DNA of 64,000 bases, taken from an uncultured Gemmatimonadales bacterium. GTDB taxonomy: Bacteria > Gemmatimonadota > Gemmatimonadetes > Gemmatimonadales > GWC2-71-9. Location of the stretch: positions 32,001-96,000 of the forward strand of contig CAVVKJ010000009.1 in NCBI GenBank assembly GCA_963748815.1, given 5' to 3'. Below are positions 1-11,142 of the stretch, piece by piece (positions within the stretch are counted from its first letter, which is position 1; each line of letters starts with the position of its first letter). The notes below the pieces were generated by a model. That model made no database searches. It worked only from the letters and a program-made list of their open reading frames with translations, and was not told where the DNA came from. A program made the position numbers and the translations under genes.

Positions 1-1155
1 GGCCAGTCCGGCCAGGATGGCGTACCCGGCGACGGTCGGGTCGACCGCGATCTGCGTGGCGCGGGGCAGCGTCCCGGCGGCGACCGAGGTCAGGACCGGC
101 GCGGCGAGCCACGCGAGCAGCAGCCCGGCGGCGGCGCCGGCCGCGGCCAGGATGGCGCTTTCGAGCAGCAGCTGCCCGACGAGCCGCGCCCGGGTGGCGC
201 CAAGCGCCGCGCGGATGGCCAGTTCGCGGAACCGGCCCAGGCCGCGCGCGAGCACGAGGTGGGCGACGTTGACGGCCGCGATCAGCATCACCAGCGCCAC
301 CGCCGCCATCAGCGCGACCAGCGGGGCGCGGACCCGGCCGAGGAGGTACTCCTCCACCGGGCGCAGCGCCGGCTTGTCCCAGTCGGTGTTGCTCTCCGGG
401 TACTCGCGCGCCAGCCGCGCCAGCACCTCACCGAGCTGCGCCTCGGCGGCCGATGGGGTCACGCCCGGGGCCAGGCGGGCCACCGCGTTGAGCCAGCGAA
501 TGGGGCGGAGGTGCGGGATTTCGCGATCGGTGAGCAGGGAGAGCGGCAGCCAGACCTCGGCCGCCGCCGAGGGAAAGGCAAAATCGGGCGGCATGACGCC
601 CACGACCCGGAAGGGCTGGCCGTCGAGCTGGACCACGCGACCCACGACCTCGGGGTCGCCACCGAGCGCGCTCCGCCAGAACTGGTCGCTGAGCACCACG
701 ACCTGGTTGGCGCCGACGACGTCGTCGGAGGCGTCGAAGGTCCGGCCTTGCACGGCCGAGACGCCGAGGGTTTCGAACAGATGACCATCGGCCATGACCG
801 CCGAGACATTCAGCGGCTCGCCGAGGCCCGTGAGGTTGCGGGTGCCGAGTCCCGGGGTGTAGAAGTAGGCCGTGATCGCACTGAACTTGTCGGCGGCCGC
901 GCGGACATCCTCGAAATCCTGGGGCGAGAATCCGCCGAAGACGGCGCCGCGTCCCGGCCGCGTGTGTCCCACCTGGACCAGCTCGTCGGGGCGCTCGAAG
1001 GGGAGCTCGCGGAGCAGGACCGCCCGCACCACGGTGAAGATGGCGGTGCTGGCGCCGATGCCGAGGGCCAGCGTCGCGAGCGCGACGAGGGTGAAGCCCG
1101 GCGTGCGTGCCAGCCCGCGGACCGCGAGTCGCGCCCCGGCCAGGAGACTACTCAC
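1..1155 (-). CDS. ADOP/MacB-family ABC transporter permease, runs off the left edge of the window
   Basis: Not in the ORF track because no stop lies in the window. Minus-strand read from GTG 1155: VSSLLAGARLAVRGLARTPGFTLVALATLALGIGASTAIFTVVRAVLLRELPF, the same N-terminal signature as the two neighbouring permeases. Start overlaps the upstream stop. Confidence 0.85.
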   Translation of the reverse strand, partial: MSSLLAGARLAVRGLARTPGFTLVALATLALGIGASTAIFTVVRAVLLRELPFERPDELVQVGHTRPGRGAVFGGFSPQDFEDVRAAADKFSAITAYFYTPGLGTRNLTGLGEPLNVSAVMADGHLFETLGVSAVQGRTFDASDDVVGANQVVVLSDQFWRSALGGDPEVVGRVVQLDGQPFRVVGVMPPDFAFPSAAAEVWLPLSLLTDREIPHLRPIRWLNAVARLAPGVTPSAAEAQLGEVLARLAREYPESNTDWDKPALRPVEEYLLGRVRAPLVALMAAVALVMLIAAVNVAHLVLARGLGRFRELAIRAALGATRARLVGQLLLESAILAAAGAAAGLLLAWLAAPVLTSVAAGTLPRATQIAVDPTVAGYAILAGLA

Positions 1156-3620
1156 CGCGCAGCGCCTCGACCGGATCCAGCGTCGTGGCGCGGCGGGCCG
1201 GCACCCAGCTCGCCAGCAGCGTGACGGCGAGCAGCAGGAGCGGGATCGCGACAAAGGTGAGTGGGTCCTGCGCGGACACGTTGAAGAGGAGCCGGTCCGT
1301 GGCGCCCACGGCCGCCTGGCTGTCCAGCGCCTTGAGCAGGTTGGTGAGGGCCACCGCCGCCACCAGCCCGAAGCCGATGCCCACCAGCGCGAGGCGCATC
1401 CCCTGCCCCATCACCATCCGCTGGACTTCGCCGGGGGTGGCGCCGAGGGCCAGCCGGACGCCGAGCTCCTTGGTGCGTTGCGCCACGGTGAAGGCCATGA
1501 CGCCGTACAGGCCGATGGCGGCGAGCGCCGCTGCCAGGAGCGAGAAGACGGTGAGCAGCACCATGGAGAAGCGCCGCGGGCCGGTGCTCGTCGAGACCAG
1601 CGCATCCATGGCATCGATGTTGGCGATGGCCACATCCGGGTCGACCGACTTGAGCGCTTCGCGCACCGCACCCACCGCCGCAAGTGGCTCGGCCGTGGTG
1701 CGCACGGCGTACGCCATGAAGTTGTTGCCCGCCTGCGCCAGGGGGAGGTAGTACTGGATCCGCTTCTCGGCGTCGAGGCCTTCGTGCATGGTGTGCCCGA
1801 CCACGCCGACCACGGTGATCCAGGTGATGGCCGAGTCGGTGAACTCGTTGAAGGTGATCCGCTTGCCGATCGGGTCGGTGTCGGGCCAGTAGGTCTTGAC
1901 GAGCTCCTCGTCGACGATGGCCACGATGGGCGCCCCCTCCACGTCCTGCGCGGTGAAGAAGCGGCCCTTGAGGAGCGGCGCGCCGATCGTGCGCAGGTAG
2001 TCGGGCGTCACGATCCGGATGTCGCCCCACGGCATGTTCCCCTTGGGGGGCACGACGTACCCCTCGACGTTGAACGACGAGGTGCTCCAGTTGTTGGTGA
2101 ACGGAAGCACGGAGGTGGCGCCGGCGGAGATCACCCCCGGCTGCGCGGCGATCGCCTCCGTGGCGCGGTCGAAGAACGCCACGCGCGCGGTGTCGTTCGG
2201 GTACTTCGCGTTCGGCAGCGCCATGTTGAAGGTCAGGAGGTGGTCCTGGCGGAAGCCGGGGTCCACCTGGAGCAGCTGCGAGAAGGACCGGGTGAGGAGC
2301 CCGGCGCCGACCAGCAGTGTCAGCGCAAGCGCGACCGTGGCGACAACCAGGCCGCGCCGGAGGGTCAGCCCCCCGCGATCCCCCGCCGCGCCTCGGCCCC
2401 CCTCCTTCAGCGATTCCTGGAGCGAGGTGCGCGACACCCGCAGGGCGGGCGCGAGGCCGAAGACGAGGCCCGTCAGCAGCGACAGGCCCAGGGTGAAGGC
2501 CAGCACGCTCGCCGTCGATGCCGATGGCCGACGCGGGCGGCAGGTTGCTCTCGTTCAGCGACATCAGCGCGGGCACGCCCCAGAGCGCGAGCAGGATGCC
2601 GAGCACCCCGCCCGCCAGCGCGAGCACCATGCTTTCCGCCAGCAGCTGACGGAGGAGGTCCCTCGGCGAGGCGCCGAGCGCGACGCGCACCGCGATCTCG
2701 CGCGAGCGCGAGGCAGCGCGGGCGAGCTGCAGATTGGCCACGTTGGCGCAGGCGATAAGCAGCACGAGGACCACCGCCCCGAGCAGCACGAACATCGCGC
2801 GCCGCATGCCCGCGGAGGTGACCTGGTCGCTGAGCGGCGAGAGTTTCAGGCCCCAGTCGTCCGAGACCTGGTCGGGCCGATCGGCCTTGATGCGCGCCGC
2901 CAGGGCGTGCATCTCCGCCTCCGCCGTCTCGAACGACACGCCGTCCTTGAGCCGCGCCGTCACACCCAGGAATTCGTTGCCCCACGAACTCGCCAGCTGC
3001 CGCGGCGTGAACGCGATCGGCGTCCAGAGATCGATGGTGCGGTTGAGCATCGACGTGAACGACGGCGGCATCACCCCGACGATCTCGTAGCTCTCGCCGT
3101 TGAGGAGCATCTGCTGTCCGACGATGCCCGGATCGGCGCCGTAGGAATTGCGCCAGAAGGCGTCGCTGAGCACGACGACATGGTCGCTCCCCGCGACCGA
3201 CTCGTCGGCGCGGAGCGCCCGGCCGAGCGCGGGTTGCACCCCGTAGGTGGTGAAGTACTCGCCGGCCACGCGCTGGGCCTGGAGGCGGCTGGCGTCGCCG
3301 TGCCCGGTCAGCGTCGGCCCCCAGCCGGTGAAGGCCGTCATGGCGCTGAACGCCTGGTCCTGCTTCTCGTACTCCAGGAATCCGGGGACCGACACCCCAG
3401 CCATCAGGTTCGCCAGGGAGGGATAGAAGTGGTTCACCACCACCAGCCGGTCGGGCTGCGCGTACGGCAGCGGGCGCAACACCACAGCGTTGATGACCGA
3501 GAAGATGGCGGTGTTGGCGCCGATCCCCAGCCCCAGCGTCAGGATGGCGACGAAGGCGTACCCGGGACTGCGCCGGAGGGTGCGAACGGCGTAGCGCAGC
3601 GTGTTGCTCAGCGGGGCCAT
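1148..3620 (-). CDS. ADOP/MacB-family ABC transporter permease with a +1 frameshift near 2510 (probable sequence error)
   Basis: The N-half (LRYAVRTLRRSPGY...LGIGANTAIFS...LLIACANVANL) is in ORF 1152..3620. The C-half (LAFTLGLS...RRATTLDPVEALRGE) is in ORF 1148..2506. Confidence 0.88.
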
Positions 3621-3633
3621 GCGATGCTCCTCT

Positions 3634-4347
<714 letters not shown>

Positions 4348-4408
4348 GGCAAGAACTCCGGAGAGAGGCAAAGAGGCGACACGTCAGTAGTTGGGCAGAA
4401 CCCGCGGG

Positions 4409-5650
4409 CTATTTGATGCGCACCCGGTCGACGGAGCCGAACCGGGTCATGTCGGACAGGATGACGAGATCGCCGGCGTCCAGGCCCGCGACGATCTCGA
4501 CGGCGTTGGCGGAGGTGCGCCCCAGCGTGACCTGCACCCGCACGGCCTCGTCGCCGTCGGGGGAGAGACGGAAGAGGCCGATGGTGCTGTTGGCCTGGCC
4601 ATAGGTCGGGCGCCCGACGTGCAGCACCTGGCCGAGCCGCTCGATCTCGATGGTGCCGTCGACGCTCAGGTCGGGCCGGGCGCCCTTCGGCAGCGAATCG
4701 GTGAGCGCCACGTCGACCGTCACCATGCCGCCGGACGAGGACGGATCGATCCGCGAGACACGCCCGCGCACCAGGCCGTTGCGGGTGTCGATGACGGCGG
4801 ACTGGCCGAGGGCCACGTCCCGCGCCTGGTTTTCCTGCACCCGGAGGACGGCCTTGAGCCGGTCGGGCTGGACCACCTTGGCGATGGTCGTGCCGCTGGT
4901 GGCGAACTGGCCCACCTCGAGCGGGAGTTCCTGCAGCACGCCATTCGCGCCGGCGCGCACGGTCATGGCCCCGGCCAGGGAGCGCTGGAATTGCACGACC
5001 GCCTTGAGGCGCTGCACCTGTTCGCGCTGGACGGCGAGCTGGGCGGGAATGTTGTCGGTGATGAGTTTGAGGCGCTGTTCCTCGATGCCGAGCCGCTCGG
5101 TCATTTCCGTGGCGTGCTCCTTCGCCTTCTTCGCCTCGAACACCGAGATCAGCTGCTGGTCCACCATCGCGTTGGCCGCATCGGCGTTCCGCTTCGCCTC
5201 GAGGTATGCCGACCGCGTCTGGGCGACGACACCGGCCTGGGTCAGGCGCTGGGTCTCGAGGCTGACCTGCAACGCGACCAGCTGGGCCTGCGCGTCGGTG
5301 AGCTGGCGCTCGGCCTGCAGCAGCTGAATTTCGACGTCCGGATTGACCAGCTCCATCAGGATGGTGGATGCGGTGACCTTTTCGCCGGGCTGGACCAGTT
5401 TCTTCTCCACGCGGCCCGGGGCGATGGCCGAAATCCACCGGATCTGCTCCGGCACCAGGGAGCCGGGGGCCCGGACCTCACGCACCATGGGACCCGACAC
5501 GACGGAATCGATCGACAGGGTGGGTCGCTCGACGCTCGGCGCCGCCGGCTTCAACCGGCCAACGCCGACGAGGACCACGACGACCACCACTCCGATACCG
5601 ATGTAGAGGGGGCGGCGCTTGTTCGGCGGCTTGACGCGAGCAACGTCCAC
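4409..5650 (-). CDS. HlyD-family periplasmic adaptor (membrane fusion protein)
   Basis: N-terminal TM, lipoyl-like GRVEKKLVQPGEKV, long coiled coil, C-terminal GLDAGDLVILSD. First gene of the ABC operon. Confidence 0.92.
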   Translation of the reverse strand: MDVARVKPPNKRRPLYIGIGVVVVVVLVGVGRLKPAAPSVERPTLSIDSVVSGPMVREVRAPGSLVPEQIRWISAIAPGRVEKKLVQPGEKVTASTILMELVNPDVEIQLLQAERQLTDAQAQLVALQVSLETQRLTQAGVVAQTRSAYLEAKRNADAANAMVDQQLISVFEAKKAKEHATEMTERLGIEEQRLKLITDNIPAQLAVQREQVQRLKAVVQFQRSLAGAMTVRAGANGVLQELPLEVGQFATSGTTIAKVVQPDRLKAVLRVQENQARDVALGQSAVIDTRNGLVRGRVSRIDPSSSGGMVTVDVALTDSLPKGARPDLSVDGTIEIERLGQVLHVGRPTYGQANSTIGLFRLSPDGDEAVRVQVTLGRTSANAVEIVAGLDAGDLVILSDMTRFGSVDRVRIK

Positions 5651-5709
5651 AGATTGTCCTGTTCAGAAAAGTCCGGAGCGCGGCCGTACGGGACGAGTCT
5701 CCCCAGCAA

Positions 5710-5822
5710 GGGAAGAAGCGTGCCGATTCTCCTCCCAGAACCTGAATTCCAACTCTTGCAGTAGCAATGATTTACGCCGGGCAATCCTCCGCGAGTTTCC
5801 GCGGAGTGTCCGGTTTTGGGAT
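5710..5822 (-). promoter_or_regulatory. Putative sigma54-type promoter with IHF-like site and upstream activator box
   Basis: Minus strand GGCACGCTTCTTCC (5711-5724). TAGCAAtgatTTA (5762-5774) resembles the IHF consensus WATCAANNNNTTR. TGTCCGGTTTTGGGAT (5807-5822) is repeated at 8438-8453. Confidence 0.55.
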
Positions 5823-5856
5823 TCCTGGTCCCGACAGCGACCAGCCAGCTGGGGCG

Positions 5857-8280
5857 CTACTCCCCGCGCAGCGCCTCGACGGGGTCGACCCGCGACGCCC
5901 GACGAGCCGGGAGGTAGCACGCCAGCAGGCCCACGCCCAGCAGCACGGCGGTCATGCCGGCGAAGGTGACGAGGTCGAAGGCCGCCACGCCGTAGAGGAG
6001 GCTGCCCAGGGCGCGCGTGGTGGCGAGCGCGACGGCGAGTCCGATGGCGATCCCGACCGCCACGACGCGCGTCCCCTGCAGGACCACCATCCGACGGACC
6101 TCCCCGGCCGCGGCGCCAAGCGCCATGCGCACTCCGATTTCACGCGTGCGCTGCCCGACGACGTACGACAGGACGCCGTAGAGTCCGACGCTCCCCAGGA
6201 TGAGGGCGAGCGTCGACGCGATCCCGAGCGTCAGCATCAGGAAGGAGAGCTGGGCCATCGAGTCCCGGGCCAGGCCCGCCATGGTGTAGACCCGGTACAT
6301 CGGCGCTTCCGGCGCCACCTCCCGGGCCAGCGCGCGGACGTCCGGCGCGATGAATTCGGCGCGGGTCGTCTTGAGGACGTAGGCCGGCGACGACATGGCC
6401 CAGCTGGTCGGGGTGGGGCCGACGAGCGGGAGGTACACGACCGGCTCCGGCGGATCGCGAAAATTGTCCTGGAGAACATCCTCGACCACGCCAATGACGG
6501 TGAATCCCTCCGGGCTGGACTCCGACGTGAGACGCCGCCCGATCGGGTCGGTATCCGGCCAGACGAGCCTGGCGGCGGACTCGCTGAGGATGACCTGGCC
6601 CACTCCCGAGAGTTGATCCTCGTTCGTGAAGACCCGCCCGCGCAGCACGGCGATGTCCATCGTCGTGAAGTAGTCGCCGGCCGTCCAGGTGAAGTTCAGC
6701 AGCGGCAGGACATCCGCGTCAGCGCCCTCCGGATGGAACGCCTGCGAGCGGGTGCCCTCGTTCAGGGGGACATTCTCGATCAGCCCGACCGATTCGACCC
6801 CGGGAAGCGCCCGGAGCCGGTCCATGAAGGCGAGATCGAAGCGCGCGAAGGACGGCCCGTCGTTCAGCGTTTCCCGTTCGGGCGCGATCTGGAAGGTGAA
6901 GACATCGCGGGTGTCGTACCCCGGATCGACATGCGAGAGCTTGTCGAAGCTCCGGACCAGGAGTCCCGACCCGATGAGCAGCGCCAACGCCAGCGCCGTC
7001 TGCACCACGACGAGGCCGTCCCGGGCCCAGTTGCGCTGCCGCGTGGCGCCGCGGCCGCCTTCGCGGAGCCGCAGCATGCTCGGCTCCGAGACACGGATCG
7101 CCGGGACCAGCCCGCACGCCAGCGCCGAGACCAGCGCGGCGACCAGCGTGAAGAGCAGCGCCGGGAGTCCGAGGGCGACCGTACCGATCCGCGGGATGTC
7201 CTCCGGCGCGGCGCCCACGAACAGCGGCAGCGCCCAGCTCGCCAGCACCACCGCCACGCCGCCGGCGCAGAGGGCCACCACCACCGCCTCGGCCATCTGG
7301 AGCCGGATCAGTGGCCAGCGGCCCGCGCCGATGGCCCGCCGGACCGCGAGTTCCTGATGCCGCACGTCGGCGCGAACCACGAAGAGGTTGGCGACGTTGG
7401 CGCAGGCGATGAGCAGCACGATGGCCACGGCGCCGAGGAGCACCCAGAGCGGCTGGGCCACGCTGCCGAGCATCTGCTCTTCCAGCGGGCGCACGACGGC
7501 CTGGTATTGCTCCATCAGCCGGGCGTACTGCGGAGGGCCTCCGAACCGTTCCGGCAGGCGACGCGCCAGTGCCGTCAGTTCGCTGGCGAGTGCCTCAGCC
7601 GTGACGCCGGGTTTCATCCGTGCCACCATCGGAACGCCGAAGCGCCCGGGGGTGATGCCGTCGAGACGAACCGTGGCGGGGTACCAGAGCTGGGTGTCGT
7701 CGACCGGAAATCCGAACTCCGATCCCATGACGCCGATGACGGTACGGCTCTCTCCGGAGACCTCGAGGGCTCGGCCCAGGACCGCCGAGTCGCCACCGAA
7801 CCAGCTCTGCCAGAGCCCGTAGCTGAGGACCACGACCCCCGCTTCGTCTTCGGGCAGCGGGAGGCGGCCAAGGATCGGGGTGGCATCGAGCACCGAGAAG
7901 AGGGAGGGGGTCGCCTGCGACATCCGGATCCGCTCCACCCGGTCCGCGGTGCGCAAGGTCGAGGTGAACGACCCGTAGATGGCCACGTCCTGCAGCAGCT
8001 GGGACTGTTCCAGGTACTGCGGGTAGAACTCGAGTGAGACGCCGAACTCGTCCGGCATGTCGGAGCCGGGCGCTGTGCTGGCAATGGAGACGACGCGATC
8101 GACGTCGCCGTATGGAAGGGGATGGAGCAGCACGGCGTCCACGACGCTGAACATGCCGACGTTGGCACCGATCGCGAGCCCGAGGGTGCCAATCGTCACG
8201 AGGGCAAATCCGGGGGCCCGACGGAGCGCGCGCATGGCGTGGCGCAGGTCGGTGAGCCAATCGGTGAGGGTCGGTCGCAT
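5857..8280 (-). CDS. ADOP/MacB-family ABC transporter permease
   Basis: DLRHAMRALRRAPGF...LAIGANVGMFS, LLIACANVANL, C-terminal RRASRVDPVEALRGE. Likely ATG at 8280. Confidence 0.93.
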   Translation of the reverse strand: MRPTLTDWLTDLRHAMRALRRAPGFALVTIGTLGLAIGANVGMFSVVDAVLLHPLPYGDVDRVVSIASTAPGSDMPDEFGVSLEFYPQYLEQSQLLQDVAIYGSFTSTLRTADRVERIRMSQATPSLFSVLDATPILGRLPLPEDEAGVVVLSYGLWQSWFGGDSAVLGRALEVSGESRTVIGVMGSEFGFPVDDTQLWYPATVRLDGITPGRFGVPMVARMKPGVTAEALASELTALARRLPERFGGPPQYARLMEQYQAVVRPLEEQMLGSVAQPLWVLLGAVAIVLLIACANVANLFVVRADVRHQELAVRRAIGAGRWPLIRLQMAEAVVVALCAGGVAVVLASWALPLFVGAAPEDIPRIGTVALGLPALLFTLVAALVSALACGLVPAIRVSEPSMLRLREGGRGATRQRNWARDGLVVVQTALALALLIGSGLLVRSFDKLSHVDPGYDTRDVFTFQIAPERETLNDGPSFARFDLAFMDRLRALPGVESVGLIENVPLNEGTRSQAFHPEGADADVLPLLNFTWTAGDYFTTMDIAVLRGRVFTNEDQLSGVGQVILSESAARLVWPDTDPIGRRLTSESSPEGFTVIGVVEDVLQDNFRDPPEPVVYLPLVGPTPTSWAMSSPAYVLKTTRAEFIAPDVRALAREVAPEAPMYRVYTMAGLARDSMAQLSFLMLTLGIASTLALILGSVGLYGVLSYVVGQRTREIGVRMALGAAAGEVRRMVVLQGTRVVAVGIAIGLAVALATTRALGSLLYGVAAFDLVTFAGMTAVLLGVGLLACYLPARRASRVDPVEALRGE

Positions 8281-8339
8281 GTCGAGGCCTTCGGTGGGAG
8301 TCGCGGGGCGCGCCAGGCGGCGAATGGCGGCTCCCATTG

Positions 8340-8453
8340 GAAAGAAGCGTGCCGCCGCAACACCTCCTCGCCACGCCGACAAGGCCGTGCGGCAACACGG
8401 CATACGGCCGCGCTGCCAACCGCCATGTACGACCGATTGTCCGGTTTTGGGAT
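8340..8453 (-). promoter_or_regulatory. Second putative sigma54-type promoter with the same upstream box
   Basis: Minus strand GGCACGCTTCTTTC (8340-8353) and TGTCCGGTTTTGGGAT (8438-8453), with nearly the same spacing as at 5711-5822. Confidence 0.55.
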
Positions 8454-8512
8454 TGCCCGTCCCGCGACCGGGCAGTGCCCGGCACGGGGAGTGACGTCTC
8501 AATAGACTGCGG

Positions 8513-9241
8513 TCAGCTGGAAATGGTTGCCGGCGAATTCGAGGGTCGGTCAGCGCCCCGCCGCCTCCGCCACACCAGGAGCAGCACCAGCCCGGTCGCC
8601 GCCACCACGATCAGCATCAGCGCCAGCCGCCGCTGCAGGAAGGCGTCGCTGAGCATCACGGCGCCGAGACCGTAGGGCAGCTCGGCGAGGAGGAGCGCGG
8701 GGAAGTAGATGCGGGCCGGATACTTCACCAGCCCGAAGAAGTAGCCCCCGATGTCGGACGGGACCGACACCGAGACCAGCAGCGCCGGGAGGAAGCGCCC
8801 GCCGGACGGAATCCGCCCCTCGTATCGGGAGATGAGCGCGTCGGGAAGCAGCCGGCGGACCACCGGCCGGCCCAGGAACCGGCCGATCGAATAGGTGACC
8901 ACCCCGCCGATGAACCAGCCGGTCAGGAGGAGCGCGAAGCACCACCACGGCCCCCACGCCTGGACCCCGATCGGCACCAGCAGCCAGCTCGACACGAAGA
9001 TCAGGATGGCGCCCAGGGCGGACAGCCCCGTGAAGACCACCGCCCCCCAGACCGGGTGCGCCGCGATGACCGGCTCGGCCAGCGCAATCCACTCGACCAC
9101 CTGCTGGTGCAGCCCCGTCGACGACGCCACCAGCGCCGCCGTCGCCACGGCCAGCATCAACAGCGCCAGGCGCCGCCGCCGCTCCTGCCCGACCGTGCGC
9201 CCCGGCTCCGTGGCGCTCGCTGCCCGCAGTGTTTCGCTCAT
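8513..9241 (-). CDS. DedA/VTT (TVP38/TMEM64)-family membrane protein
   Basis: Multi-TM protein with GGVVTYSIGRFLGRPVV and VPSDIGGYFFGL motifs. Confidence 0.75.
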   Translation of the reverse strand: MSETLRAASATEPGRTVGQERRRRLALLMLAVATAALVASSTGLHQQVVEWIALAEPVIAAHPVWGAVVFTGLSALGAILIFVSSWLLVPIGVQAWGPWWCFALLLTGWFIGGVVTYSIGRFLGRPVVRRLLPDALISRYEGRIPSGGRFLPALLVSVSVPSDIGGYFFGLVKYPARIYFPALLLAELPYGLGAVMLSDAFLQRRLALMLIVVAATGLVLLLVWRRRRGADRPSNSPATISS

Positions 9242-9367
9242 TCCTAAATCTACCTCTGAACCACCCTTCACCCGCACGTCACGGACGGTTCAGCGCCCGG
9301 CCCCTAGCATAGAGGCAACCGGCGCGCCCCCCCGACTGGCCGCGCTCCCGACTCCCAGGAGGCCCCT

Positions 9368-9997
9368 GTGCCCACGCTGCTCCAGATCGTCGCCACCCCG
9401 CACCAGAACGGGAACTCGCAGACCCGGCAGCTGGCCACCGCGTTCCTCCAGGGCTGGGAAACGGTGCACCCGACCGATGCGGTCGAGACCCTCGACCTCG
9501 CACAACTCGACCTTCCGCCGCTCGATGAAGCGATGGTCGCCGTTCTCTTCGACCGACCCTCGGGGTTCGCCGGCGAGATGCTGGCCCAGCGCCGTCGCGC
9601 GCTCGACCGGCTCGTGGCCCAGTTCGTCGCGGCCGATGCCTACCTCTTCGTGACCCCGATGTGGAACTTCGGCCTCCCCTACGAGCTGAAGCACTACTTC
9701 GACCTGGTCATCCGGCCCGGCTGGACCTTCTCCCTCGGCCCGCAAGGGGCGACCGGCCTCCTCGGCGGGCGTCCCGCCTACGCCGTGATTACCCGCGGCT
9801 TCGACTACAGCCCCGAATCGGGGAAGGCGCAGTACAACCATCTCGAGCCCCACCTCCGGACGCTGCTCGGCTTCATGGGAATCGAGGACCTGTCGGTCGT
9901 CGCGGCGGAAGGGATGATGCTCCCCGGCGCGGACGACCGGATGGACGCGGCGCTGAAGGCCGCCACGGCGATGGGGCTGGGATTGGTCACGGCCTGA
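9368..9997 (+). CDS. azoR: FMN-dependent NADH-azoreductase (flavodoxin-fold)
   Basis: TPMWNFGLPYELKHYFD, ITRG, YNHLEPHLRTLLGFMGI motifs. Confidence 0.85.
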   Translation: MPTLLQIVATPHQNGNSQTRQLATAFLQGWETVHPTDAVETLDLAQLDLPPLDEAMVAVLFDRPSGFAGEMLAQRRRALDRLVAQFVAADAYLFVTPMWNFGLPYELKHYFDLVIRPGWTFSLGPQGATGLLGGRPAYAVITRGFDYSPESGKAQYNHLEPHLRTLLGFMGIEDLSVVAAEGMMLPGADDRMDAALKAATAMGLGLVTA

Positions 9998-10022
9998 CGG
10001 CAGCGCGGCCGACGGAATCGTG

Positions 10023-10601
10023 CTACTCGTCCTTCGGCAGCGCCAGGTGGACCCGCTCGACAAACCGGTGAAACTCCGTCATGAACTTCCGGAGGAATGC
10101 CTCGGTGGACTCCCGGGTGACCTCGCCCTCGTCGGTGATGAGCCCCGGGGTCATCTGGATGTACGCCTCCGGCGAGTTCATCTGCGGCGAGTTCAGGTGC
10201 GCCAGCACGCCGCGCAGGTGCTGCTGCGCAATCGCGGTGCCGATGGCGCCCGTCGACGCCCCGATGGTCGCGGAGGGTTTGCGGGCGAAGGAGTTCGTGC
10301 GCGAGGGCCGGCTGGCCCAGTCGATCGCGTTCTTCAGGCAGCCCGGCACGGACCGGTTGTACTCCGGGGTGACCAGCAGGACGGCGTCCGCGGCCTCGAG
10401 GGACTCCTTCAGCGCCGTTCCCGCCGGCGGATAGTCGGAATCGTAGTCGTAGCTGTAGAGCGGCAGGTCCCCGATGGGGATCTCGAACATCTGGAGCGCC
10501 GGCGGCGCCAGGCGCACCAGCGCCCTGGCGAGCACGCGGTTGATCGACGCGCTCGCCAGGCTGCCGATGATATACCCAACCTTGAACGTTCGTCCCGCCA
10601 C
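10023..10601 (-). CDS. NAD(P)H-dependent FMN reductase (ChrR/SsuE-like)
   Basis: GSL..SIN, TPEYNRSVPGCLKNAIDWASRP, GASTGAIGTAIAQQHLR. Confidence 0.92.
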   Translation of the reverse strand: MAGRTFKVGYIIGSLASASINRVLARALVRLAPPALQMFEIPIGDLPLYSYDYDSDYPPAGTALKESLEAADAVLLVTPEYNRSVPGCLKNAIDWASRPSRTNSFARKPSATIGASTGAIGTAIAQQHLRGVLAHLNSPQMNSPEAYIQMTPGLITDEGEVTRESTEAFLRKFMTEFHRFVERVHLALPKDE

Positions 10602-10602
10602 G

Positions 10603-10818
10603 CTACCTCCCGTCCCCCTTCAGGACGAAGGAGATCTTCGCGTTGACCCGGTAGTGCGTGATCTTGTCGCCGTCGATCTCGGCGCTGAAGTTGTCGACCC
10701 AGATCGACTTCAGCCCCTTCACCGTCCTGGCCGCCTCGCGGACCGCGACCTTCACCGCATCATCGAACGACTTGTTCGACTGCGCGATGACTTCAATGAC
10801 CTTGACCATGTCGCTCAT
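10603..10818 (-). CDS. Dodecin-family flavin-binding protein
   Basis: 71 aa: KVIEVIAQSNKSFDDAVKVAVREAARTVKGL...YRVNAKISF. Shine-Dalgarno GGAGG upstream. Confidence 0.9.
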   Translation of the reverse strand: MSDMVKVIEVIAQSNKSFDDAVKVAVREAARTVKGLKSIWVDNFSAEIDGDKITHYRVNAKISFVLKGDGR

Positions 10819-10880
10819 GTTTCCTCCCGGTGATTGTGGGTTGTGCCTACCCACCCAAGGTAACAAGGTGGGCCCGGGAG

Positions 10881-10963
10881 GCGGGGAAGCGGGGAAGCGG
10901 GGAAGCGGGGAAGCGGGGAAGCGGGGAAGCGGGGAAGCGGGGAAGCGGGGAAGCGGGGCCGAA
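10881..10963 (+). repeat. (GCGGGGAA)9 tandem array ending GCGGGGCCGAA
   Basis: Counted directly from the sequence. Confidence 0.97.
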
Positions 10964-10975
10964 TGTCTGATAGAT

Positions 10976-11123
10976 GTCATCCCGGCGCAAGCCGGGATCC
11001 ATTTTCATTTGGGACACTGGACCCCGGCTTTCGCCGGGGTGACGGGCGAGTCATCCCCTTCACGCCTTCACGCCTTCGCGCCTTCGCGTGAGCACCTTGG
11101 ACCCCGGCTTTCGCCGGGGTGAC
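10976..11123. repeat. REP/BIME-like cluster of three palindromic units plus a short CTTCRCGC run
   Basis: GTCATCCCGGCGCAAGCCGGGATCCA (10976-11001) and its near reverse complement TGGACCCCGGCTTTCGCCGGGGTGAC (11018-11043 and 11098-11123). Confidence 0.85.
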
Positions 11124-11142
11124 AATCTGGCGCGGGGTGACG

